Below are positions 23,040 through 33,000 of a stretch of 33,000 nucleotides of DNA, in pieces. The DNA comes from Iphione sp. A-MEVVRFRX5 (Eukaryota): positions 149,482,001 through 149,515,000 of the forward strand of contig OZ320313.1 in the NCBI GenBank assembly GCA_976226885.1, read 5' to 3'. Within the stretch, counting starts at the first letter, position 1. Each line of letters starts with the position of its first letter. Position numbers and translations under genes: made by a program. The notes under the pieces are model-generated. The model was given only the letters and a program-made list of their open reading frames with translations. It was not told the origin of the DNA and ran no database searches.

Positions 23040-23524
23040 TTTTCGTCCAGGACAGGACCCGGAAATAAGATCATTAAGATCCCTTGGCCGACTTAATTTC
23101 TTGTCGCCTTGGGGCACCATCAGGGTCCGGTTGGCCGCCCGGCGACTCGTGATTTCTTTTTTTTGGTGAGGCAATAATAAGAAATGGCAATAGCTGCAGC
23201 TGGTTGATGGTCAAGTGACAGCAGGAAGGACGCTATTCATGCAGATTGCCATCGAGGGGTGAGAGACAGCTTCGTACGTCCAAGAGTCGTGTTGCACCTT
23301 GATACGATATCTTGGTTTTTCTTGTTTTAATAGTCACTTTACACTAAAAAATGACACAAAAAAGCGGATGGTCCAATGCAAAGTCATGAGTCAGTCATTA
23401 GGTGAATTGTAATATTACTAATATCTGTGTTTAGTTCACAACTAGTCGCCAAATTCACGGACTGAGTCGGCAGACATCATCCCATATCCCCCGTGAGATT
23501 TTTATTTCACTACGGCCCTATCTA

Positions 23525-23728
23525 GGCCCTTGATCCAGTAGTGCCCCTGGTGCTCGCGACATCTTTCTTCGCTGTAAAGCCAGTGCAACCTTTGTACCAG
23601 TGAAGGTTTTCCTTGTATAGGGGTTTTATGCACCCACAGACCTATGCAATATTTTGTCAAAGTTGTAGGAAATGTGCAGGTTTTATGCATGTGTATGACT
23701 GATAACCTGAAAATTCTGGATCAGGGCC
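23525..23728. mobile_element. Short TIR element (MITE-like)
   Basis: GGCCCTTGATCCAG at the left end and CTGGATCAGGGCC at the right end. No clean TSD. Confidence 0.5.
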
Positions 23729-23788
23729 ATGCACCCTTGGAAAGGCTCCTGCACCTTATCTATATGTGTTCTGGTTCATTCTGCACAT

Positions 23789-23933
23789 CAGGGCCATAAC
23801 CAGGAAGTTTCTTGGGGTGGGGTATCGTACGAGGTAGAATGAATTTTTTTTTATCTCTGTGAAGGCCTGTAGGCATTAGTGTATGTGGGGGGTATCGGAC
23901 GGTACCTCCTATACCCCCCTGGCTACGGGCCTG
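23789..23933. mobile_element. 145-bp non-autonomous DNA transposon with CAG...CTG termini
   Basis: Left CAGGGCCATAACCAGG vs right (rc) CAGGCCCGTAGCCAGG. CACAT flanks both sides (23784-23788, 23934-23938). Confidence 0.75.
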
Positions 23934-24820
23934 CACATCATGGATACACACACATATGTATAAATACGAAAATGCCTGGGAAAAGTTCCTGAGACTTCAA
24001 CACGCCATAACAGCACTGTTATTGACACAATGCTTCCTAAATTACTGTATCAGCCAAGCTCTGACATCACAGTAACAAGAAACTAATTAATAAAACATCA
24101 TCTTTGGGCTACTAATATGTTTCCTCTCTGTTATTCATAATCAACTGAATACAGCTGAGTTGTCAGAAATTTGTTTATAGTATGCAGCGCGCATCTCCTG
24201 CAAAAGTATACAAAAATCAATGGCAGTCAACTATCTCAAATCCTCATCACAACTAGGATTCCAGCATGAATCGTGATGCTGTAACACGGTCAGGTAATTA
24301 GCTGTGTTGAAACTGTAAAGTGTATAGTTAAAGGTAGATAAAATAAAAGTCTTTATGAGCAGTATGTGCTGTAATTTTCTAAATAATTATACTCATTATC
24401 CATCTAAGGCGTACAGATTGCATCAGTGTATTGTTATTCTGATACCAACGAATAATTCGACACGTGAGGAACAGTTATTCATATCCCAAATCGATGGTTG
24501 ATGACACAAGTGAAACATAAAATTGCTACTCTTTCAAAGTGTCATAATAGGAAATTTGATGACAGTATTTAAGCGGACACGTACAGGATGATGGGGTACA
24601 CGTCTCCTCCGGCTTACTGGAATAAAACTGCTGAATCTATTTATTCACAATTGTACATGATTTACGACTTTATTATATAAACTAAGCTGGCCGCCTTTAA
24701 TATATCATTTTAATATATTATTAGGAGGAATATTGTACTGTTATTCAAAAGGCAACAAAGCACATAGTGATCATTTGAAAATGCCCGTAAAGCATTCAGA
24801 CGAAAACAACGAGAATAATT

Positions 24821-25883
24821 ATGTCTCCGTGGTTACCATGGGAACGTATCGATTTCTGGCAACAGGAGCAAAAGTATATCTTTGGTAGTCATATGGCTGG
24901 TTATTTATATCGTGCCTTGGATGGGCAAACTTGAGCGATAATATAGATCCTTGAGCAAATTCAAGAAGAATTGAATGTGACAGGCGACCGATGATTGTTC
25001 CGATATGAACGATATTTCATTGAACCCCAAAGTCGTCTGTGCACTGGAAGATGCCGTCTCCCAAGGGAGCGCCCCGGGACGCTGACAAATTGGGGCACAC
25101 TCTGGCATGGTCGCTGGACAAGCAACATGGTGGGCGTGTGGGGTGACTGTCCGTGCGTTCTGGCCTTTCCAGGGGGCAAAGCAAGAGGAAACAGATGCCC
25201 TTCAGTGCACTCCATGACCCCCTTTTCCTTAGGAATCCATATATGATGGACAGCCCGATGTGATGTTCATATAGCACACATATGGATCCCGATAAGAATT
25301 CCAGAGTGTTTAGATGACCCAGTGTTTTTAGTACATGTATCACTGATCCCATCTGGCCTTTCATCTCTTGGAATATGATTGCCATATGAGGTATTTCAGG
25401 CTCCTCCACCTGTCTGGCACTGACAGGATTCAATTAACGTTAGAGGTCGCTGCGGTTCTTACCCATATAGCCTCATAAATCTTGGGGTATTTAGATTAAA
25501 CCTTTCCTTGACTACCGCAGAATCCATGCATACTTCTCAGAGGAAGCGTGGGGGGGGGGCAAGATAAGCGTGTGTCTGGATATGCTGAGCCTTCTATATG
25601 GAAGGGTAAATTGCAAAATGATGAACAAGTAGCATTTTGGTGTGGTAAACGTGCCCCTGCGTGTTTGTCAAGTCTGTATGCTATACACCAAACGCACCTG
25701 TTATCTATTTGTGGCATAAAACGAATCTATGGATTAATTAAGGAGAACTGGGATAAATATACACCTCTAGGTCTACAAAGTGTTTATCGATGAACATGTG
25801 TCGTTTTGGGTGCATGCAAGCTACGCCTGGTTACGTTAACAGTGGTACACCCAAATCAGTGGGGATATCCACGTCAGCTGTAA
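24821..25883 (+). pseudogene. Disrupted ~350-codon Trp/Cys-rich ORF of unknown function
   Basis: Frame +2 from ATG 24821 (MSPWLPWERIDFWQQEQKYIFGSHMAGYLYRALDG...RLCTGRCRLPRERPGTLTNWGTLWHGRWTSNMVGVWGDCPC...). One shift in the G10 run at 25550-25559. Seven internal stops (6 TGA, 1 TAG) in ~354 codons. Confidence 0.5.
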
Positions 25884-26786
25884 CCAATAGAGTCACATTC
25901 CCTAGGGTGTAGATACGCCGGTCTCCTTTATCACGGCTCATTAATTCACCCCGCACCCCTTCACTCTGTGCCCCCCCCCTCTCTCTCTCCCTCTGAATTT
26001 CTCTCACACACACTCTCACTCTGTCTATCTATTCATCTCCATCTTTCCCCTACACGTTTATAAACTGTTTTCCTACTCTCATTAATCTGAAAGTTCTACA
26101 TCTCTTTTGATCTGGCTAATTTTATGATGTTCTCTTGACCATGTGCTCTCATGTTACTGTTACATTTTCTTCTTCCTTAGGGGGGCTTTACATGTATCCT
26201 ATAAATTTTCGACGATAACATATCCATCAATGTGATATCCCCTGTCGAGGTGTATCAAGGTACGAGCTATCTTCTAATATAGGAATATATGCTTTCACGC
26301 GCTGAGATGCATGATAATCCACACCAGACTGATCTGAGGAATACAATAGGATGCGTTAACATTGTGACTGCACACATATCGACATCTCTGTTTGATGTAT
26401 AGGTATGGCTTGTTATGCATTTACGGAAATGCATCCATTTGCATTGCAAACAGACACATGTGAAATCCCCCTTCAGGTCTGGCCCTCATGCCAATGCCCT
26501 TTGCAGTTGATAACAGTCAATTATCCTCACCCTTCCTATCCCCTCCTGCCCTCCCTCCCTTCCCTCACCTTCCAAACATGTCACCTCTTCTGCCCTCCAT
26601 CTATGTATGGCATTTTCCTGCAGATTATACGTATGTTTGTACCTCCTTATCCGTACGTGATTACTCTTGTGTACATGTATATCTATGCCGAACTCTTACA
26701 TTCCATAATGTAGTCTCCTTCACTGCTATCCATCTATTCCTACAAACGCACCTCACTGACGCCCCCTCCTCTGTTTCTGTCTCTCC

Positions 26787-27155
26787 CTAGCGTTGTTTCT
26801 TTCTGTGAATGTTTTCTGTCTTTCTCCCCGCAACCTCGCTTCGTCCACAATGACCTTTCCTTCCTTTCTTCATTCTTTGCCCTGTTTTGCTTCGTCCTCC
26901 TCTTTGGATTTGGAAAGAGTTTAAGTTTTTAACTCTCATGGTACATAGGTCTGAGAGTCGATTCAATTTTTCCGTTTGAATGGGGCTGGAAGTTGAACCA
27001 ATCTCTCTGAATAACCAGAGCCTAGGCCCGATACTCATACGTCTGACATTCAGCTTTGCATACCGGTCTGATGTCCAACAAAATTGACCTTTATTGTTCC
27101 AGTATGTGGTTAAATGAGATATGTATATTATCTTTTCATACAAATTTGCGTGCAT
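26787..27155 (-). CDS. Intact 122-aa ORF with highly basic C-terminus, unknown
   Basis: From the ORF track; ATG to stop uninterrupted. The C-terminal ~35 aa are K/R/G-rich and partly come from a purine-rich low-complexity tract. Confidence 0.3.
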   Translation of the reverse strand: MHANLYEKIIYISHLTTYWNNKGQFCWTSDRYAKLNVRRMSIGPRLWLFREIGSTSSPIQTEKLNRLSDLCTMRVKNLNSFQIQRGGRSKTGQRMKKGRKGHCGRSEVAGRKTENIHRKKQR

Positions 27156-27887
27156 CTACTTTTTTTAGACGTGCATGGAAAAGGTTGGCACTTCAATTTC
27201 CAGTGTGACAGGTCGAACACATTGGAGCAATAACTGCTGGGTATATATAGACAGTCATAACATTTCAGATGATGTACAGAGACATCATATTGGACCGATA
27301 TGGACTTTGTCCGAGGTAAATAAGCAGACTTAGATATCTGCGCTGGTTGAACAATCAGTCTGTGTAAGCAGGGCTAAACGTTCGTGGACGGCGGTTACAG
27401 CAAAGGGGCCGCCAACAAATCCTACACGAACACAAACAAGGGCTTGATGCTGATGGAACTGGCCCTTACTCCCCTTATCTCTCCCATCACGCTCTGAGCT
27501 ATCAAATATAGAGAGACCCGACTCATCCCTACACGGCTGCGATCGCCAACGACATGTGGTAGGGATTTCTGGGCGTCAAGGGCTGGTGATTGACTGACTA
27601 GAAAGCCCGCTGGGCTCCTCCAGGGTCTGCCCGGAGGGAAGCGGGTTGGGGAGGGGGTACTGGAGGACACGCTTGGACTCTTAAGAAGGGATCTCCTGTT
27701 CTAAGAGGAACGAAGGAGGCCACTGGCTTGTGTAAGGACATTAATTCTAGAAAAAGCGGGATTTGAACTGAGGTCACCCAGACGTGTTAACCAGTAATCT
27801 CAGTGGTGGGCATTTACCAGACCCCTTTTATCTATCAGACATTTTCTCGACTACTAAGGTTGACCACTTGAACCAGATCTAGTTTTA

Positions 27888-28955
27888 GGCTGGGCCCCAA
27901 AAATAGGTGTGTTTCTGGTTACCCACCCCTAACTAGGAAACCCCACCCTACCTAAAACTCTTTTTGCCTCAAAGAGTCCCGAAACCCCACCCTACCTAAA
28001 ACTCTTTTTGCCTCAAAGAGTCCCAAAGGCTGAATTTCCCTAGATGTGTGTTTTCACAGCACATATTATCAGGACCATATTTTTGGGTGGGAGCTGGACA
28101 GCCAAGGGTATCATTTACATAGTATTTTTATGCATGTGTTTTCAGTCAGTTTGATGGGAAGATATAAATATCCACAAAACTGGAGGTAAATTGGAGGAAA
28201 ACAGAAAATTTCATACACACTGGGCCAAAAAGAAGCAAAATTCATGCAAATTTAGCTGACAAATGTCAAACCTTATAAAATTTTCACCTAAATACAGTGA
28301 ACTCCATCCAAATTAGACATAGAAACTACTGAACAGATGTGAAAATATATCTTTTCTTGCATGAAGTTACATAGCTAACAAGGCCATTTCAATTTCACTT
28401 TTCCTATGCTGCTGTGTAAAACATGCATAAATGGCCATGAAAAATGGGAAGATCTCTGGTCTAAAACACAGTGGCCCACACACATATATAGGTGCTGCAC
28501 TGTACACACTAAATGGTATATGCATGTAAGGAAACAGTACCTTGTATGATCTATAGTTCTCCAAAATACAAACTGCCATGTCCATGAAAACACATGCCTA
28601 AGGAAATCTATAATTTAGAAACAGGGGAGAAGGGAAATAAGCAAGGACAATACAAAGTAGACTTTAAATCTTAAAATTCAGTTAACCAATGTTTATCATT
28701 TGTGTAAAGTACAAGTGATTTGTTTCAGCCTATTCTAGAGAGATTACCTATCAGGGCCCCACAGAAACCCAATGTGATGACTCTTCCATTGGCTATTATA
28801 TTTATTACTATGTAGTTCTTCATATTGTCTTTATTACTGTTGGAAATCAAAGGAGGCCAAAAAATGAGAAAAATGAAATAAAAATCCTCCCCTCCCTACC
28901 CAGGTTTTTGGGTAGTCTTAACCAGAAACACACCTATTCTTTTTTTGGCCATGCA
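27888..28955. mobile_element. Non-autonomous TIR element, same family as 31819-32158
   Basis: Perfect 19-bp inverted repeat ATAGGTGTGTTTCTGGTTA at 27903-27921 and 28919-28937. Subterminal and internal segments are shared with the 31.8-kb copy. Outer ends are approximate. Confidence 0.75.
27937..28024 (+). repeat. Perfect 44-bp tandem duplication
   Basis: GAAACCCCACCCTACCTAAAACTCTTTTTGCCTCAAAGAGTCCC at 27937-27980 and 27981-28024. Confidence 0.95.
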
Positions 28956-29601
28956 ACTATTGAGGCAAACTGGAGCCAGACATAATTTCTTTGTTTGTCG
29001 TCATGTGTCTCACTTCATTTATTAGAATTTGTTATACTCTTTCATAACCAATCCCAGATGACATCATGCCCTAGATATCAATTCCACAAGTCCTCACCTG
29101 AACCTTTGTTAGTTGATCAAGACAACTTTTCCATGTACATATATTTTTGTTTCTGTTACCTGCATGGAAAAACCAAACGATATGTATGACCATCTACCCA
29201 GATGTTCTTACATTATGCAAATCGATGTGTGATCATGGTGCCGATCCACTCTAAACAGGATTTCCTGCATACAGATGGATACGTGGAATGAATGATAGGA
29301 TGATTCCAACAGAAAGCAGTTCTCAGCCTGGTCACTAGGAGCTGTCCATTGTAGTATTTTCATGAATGTACATAGAAAACTATCATGTAGTCTGCTGTGT
29401 GAGGATATGGGATTTAGTGAGGTGCAGCAGATCCTGCCATCAAAAACCTGCATATGGAAAGCCGTGGAGGTAAGTTAACTCTTATTTCAGTGATTATGTA
29501 CAAGTCTGTGTTTTGTGTATTGTTTTCCTACCCCTAGGAAATGTCCCTTTTGAGTTTTCCTAGAGATTTGACTTGGCGATTACATACTAAAGACAGCAAT
29601 A

Positions 29602-29897
29602 GGGCCCTTTCACAGCCACGTGCTTTTCATGCTAGCAGATGCCGTGTCCTGAGTGTGTTTGCAAGCATACCTTGATTTTAACTAAGTTTCTCACATGTGT
29701 CCAATCATAACAGTAACATTTGCGCTTGCATAAAACAAAGCCATCAGGGACAGACTTTAATGCAAATGGACACATTAACCAATAGATTTGAACAGGTTTT
29801 CTCTCAACATAGACATCTAGTAAACATTAACTCACGCAGTCTCCACTTAAAATACTGCAAAACGTAGTGTTTGCCGCATGTGCAAGTAAAAGGGCCC
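29602..29897. mobile_element. PIF/Harbinger-like MITE
   Basis: GGGCCCTTTCAC at left and GTAAAAGGGCCC at right. Flanks are ATA / TTA. Confidence 0.68.
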
Positions 29898-31818
29898 TTA
29901 CAGAGTGCATGAGAGACCATCACATAGGTTTAAATCAATATTTATCCTTCTCAGGAGAATAGACACAATTTCTGCACTTGACATTCAGAGCAGATGAACA
30001 CTTTTGAGGCACTCACCGGTTTTGTATTCAATGAACCCTCTCTTTAAGTGATGTCAGAGAAACTTAATCTATGAATTCCAACATTGGGTCAAAATTTCTA
30101 ATCATCAGTCAAGAATTTTTCCTCTGGCACAGTCACAAGCTCACATCCATCTTTTTGTTATAAATTATATAAATCATTGCTCTCGATATATACAAAGTGG
30201 TAAAGCACAGTCCCCTCATGCATTATGCTCGGACCTTGCTCACTACAATACATTATAACCTTTATTCCTTTACTGTGCACTTTACATTAAACATATTTTT
30301 TGATAGAAGTACTTGTTCTTTTTTGTCCAATTAACACAGCTGTGTTACAATACAAATGTAATGTAACAAAACAAACGGTTTAGAAACAACAAAAAATATC
30401 AGAATTTGAAAAGGTATTAAAGTAAATTAGCAGAAATTGAGTGCGTAAAAATTCGTTGCGATTTATAATCTTCAGATGTTGCTACACTACATACTTCACA
30501 AGTTTGATATCTCTGTCCTTGAGGACCGTCAAGGGTCGCCGCTGAGTGCCGCTGTGGTGATCCCCTTTCAGCGGTTCCTCAGCAGCAGGTAATATTGCGT
30601 CACATCCTTTTAACAACACTTGAAGGTTATCCACCAGCAATTATCTCACGCTTGATTATCTCTGTCCCGTCTTCATTACAGGTGTGCAGTGCACCTGGTA
30701 TGATCCAGCAGGTGAAAAGATATAGGATCTGGATAGTGACGTGATGACATTCGGTTAAAGATAAGGGTTAGGAGAATGGTCAATACTTCGATTGTTAAAG
30801 CTGTTGAAGTCGTTGTCGGATAGAGAGAGGAGATAGAGAAACAGATAGAACGAGAGCAAAAGAGAGCAGGGAGAGAAGAATAGGGAGGAGAAGGGAAAAG
30901 AGAGCGTGAGAGAAGCAGACAGACGGACATGGCATTAGGACAGTGAGAACTGCACATAGAGGGAAGAATTCTATAGGCCCACAGTCTTTGTTACAAAGTT
31001 GTGGACCACTCTGGGTTGAGGCTACACTAAATGTGCCTGCTTGTGATCAAGAGTCCCAGGCTCAGGATTAAACCTACAACCTCTCAATCAGTGGAAGTAT
31101 ATATTTTGGTTGATTAAAGAGTAGGTGTCCCTTGTACACCCAGCTTGTTAGGGGAAGTGGTCAACGTTGATGGCGTAGACTGTAGGATAAAGGATGTAGA
31201 ACAAATGCAGTTGAGCCACATCCATAGAAATCATAAAGTGCATGTGCACTAGGCCAGAGAATTTCAGGGGCTAGTGGGTCATGCCCTCAAGTTCACAACA
31301 GAATGAGTCACTATCGCAAAAATTATAGTGTGCATAACTGGATCTATACAATACATGACTCCTTGTATATCTTAAGGAATGAATGTCCTCTCATTTATAG
31401 TAGTGATATGGAAGTAAAAGCATTTGAACCAGTTGAGTCGCTATCTCAACAATCGTAAAGTGTGTACCGTGTCTAAATAGCTTGTATACTTTATGTAGCT
31501 TCCAAGGCACATGGCCCATGTCTTGTCGGGTGAGGGTTTATTTTGAAGTGTCGCATATTGAAAGATACGTTCTTTTTATTAACCCTTCCGACACGTGTTA
31601 TCCAGCCCTGCTCAGCCTCTCCACACACGCGTCTTCAATTTCGTTTACATGACGTCTCTGGTAGGGCGAGATCGGGTTTATCGCAAAGTCAGCAATCTGT
31701 TACCAAGATGGCAACATTTAACAACTGTTGGTCAGTGAAATCAACAAAGGTCCAACAAGTGACTAGGCAAGAGGAACAAGACTTTCACTGTGTTCGTCCT
31801 CAGGCAGGTTTAGGCGTA

Positions 31819-32158
31819 GGCACCCCACACAGATAGGTGTGTTTCTGGTCACCCACCCCTACCTAGTAAAACCTCACCCTAACCAAACATTTTTGGCCCC
31901 AAATATTTTCCAATGCTGTATTTTCTTAGATACTACAGATTTTCACAGCATATGTTTGTGATCAATTCAGAAGAAAAACAGCAAAATCCATGGAAATTCA
32001 GCCCCAAACTGTAAATTGGTCAAAATTCTTCATATTATATTTATTATTACTGAAAACCAGAGGAGGAAACTGGAAAGAAAATGAAAAAAAAAGATACACC
32101 CTCCCTACCTAGGTTTTTCCTGTGGTTCTTACCAGAAACACCTACTTTTATGGGGGCC
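31819..32158. mobile_element. PIF/Harbinger-like MITE (shorter copy of the 27.9-kb family)
   Basis: Left GGCACCCC..ATAGGTGTGTTTCTGGT, right ACCAGAAACACCTAC..GGGGGCC. Flanks are GTA / TTA. Confidence 0.78.
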
Positions 32159-32161
32159 TTA

Positions 32162-32464
32162 GGTGGTGTTCAGATACAACCGGATATTTCTGTTCCACGT
32201 CTGCTCACAGGTGCAGAATTTTACCCACCCTGCTGTAACCACTATACATATTCATATAGATACAGATATTTCTGCGTCTGCACATGGGTGCAAATGTCAA
32301 ACCATCTGGGATGGGTTTTGTCCAGACCCAGACACAGATTTCCATAGATGCCAGTGGTTAAGACACATCTGTAGACTATATGCTGGCGATTAAAATCAGG
32401 AAACAGCAAACACCCGTCTGCACACGGGTGCGGATTTTTTGTCCAGTTGTATGTGAACAGGGCC
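32162..32464. mobile_element. PIF/Harbinger-like MITE, related to 12480-12788
   Basis: Left GGTGGTGTTCAGATACAACCGGA vs right (rc) GGCCCTGTTCACATACAACTGGA. TTA on both flanks (32159-32161, 32465-32467). Confidence 0.85.
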
Positions 32465-33000
32465 TTAGAGAGAAGGATAGGAATGTGGATAAGAATATGG
32501 ATAGGGGATAGGGTTAGGAAGAGTGATAGGGCTGGGCATGAAGAAAAGATCAGACCTATGAATTGAGATATGCAAGAAAGGACAAATAACATGGCACATT
32601 TTCATTTTCTGAAATCACTCATTCAAATGTTCCCTATTGACCGCTTAGCCATTCTCAGATTCATGTATGTGCCATCTAGACCTCATCAACAGGGATATAT
32701 TTAACGAAGTGTTTCCAATTATAGAACCCGCATCGGATGAACAACACTAAAGGACTGTCATGTTAGCCTTGTTCTTGCATAAAACACATCTCCCTGCTTA
32801 CGGCACCCGCACTGTCCATAATGGACTCGTCAAAGCCTTCATGAAAGAGGAAATAGATTACACTAACGCCAGCATACACACTAGCAAACGTATACATAAT
32901 GTAACATTCTGAATATATTCGCTTATTAATATTTTTGTGATGATCTATTTTCTATGGAGGGGGGGGGAGATCCACCAAAGTCATGAACATATATATTTTT

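Larger units (their letters stand above)
1244..27800. mobile_element. Putative decayed multi-gene endogenous virus-like element (glycoprotein + tyrosine recombinase + many unassigned disrupted ORFs); boundaries unknown
   Basis: Two recognisable pseudogenes with similar decay, plus about 15 further intronless disrupted frames packed with short spacers on both strands. No host exon structure recognised. Treating them as one element is inference. Confidence 0.45.

Noticed and set aside
29202-29469. Exon-like interval (CCCAG acceptor, GAG/GTAAGT donor) with ankyrin-like words HGADP and ADPAIKN
   Set aside because: All three frames contain stops, spacing does not fit an ankyrin repeat, and no partner exons were found.
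31040-31260. Minus-strand FNQPKYILPLIERL resembling the DIRS methyltransferase-like FPP..LI..VL motif
   Set aside because: The upstream DLFA and DAF..W motifs are missing, so the similarity is too weak.
30740-31738. Long plus-strand frame that reads protein-like (EEIEKQIEREQKR...GEVVNVDGVDCRIKDVEQ)
   Set aside because: About 15 stops in 333 codons is near random and part is a GA-rich low-complexity tract. It may still belong to the element but is unsupported.
1-33000. CRISPR arrays, tRNA/rRNA genes, telomeric repeats, and pPolB, RT, DDE-integrase, SF3-helicase or capsid motifs
   Set aside because: None recognised by eye. Heavy decay could hide them, so absence is not proven.

Overview
Eukaryotic, probably invertebrate animal, AT-rich scaffold window with one 145-N gap (11596-11740). 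I recognise no intact host gene or exon chain. Two decayed genes are identifiable by hand translation. The first is a ~660-codon type I membrane glycoprotein pseudogene (6206-8181, +) with a clear 23-aa TM helix and a cysteine region resembling class I viral F fusion proteins. The second is a DIRS/Ngaro-type tyrosine recombinase pseudogene (15278-16068, +) with all catalytic motifs, but without the RT/RNase H that normally precedes it. Around them, from ~1.2 to ~27.8 kb, lies a tightly packed series of intronless, disrupted reading frames on both strands that I cannot assign to any family. Individually most are weak, and some have stop densities near random. Working hypothesis (inference): the window is a decayed, multi-gene, enveloped virus-like element that may have integrated with a retroelement-type tyrosine recombinase, later interrupted by short TIR elements (mostly PIF/Harbinger-like MITEs with TTA flanks) and microsatellites. 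I saw no polymerase, capsid, helicase or DDE integrase motif, and I could not define element boundaries.
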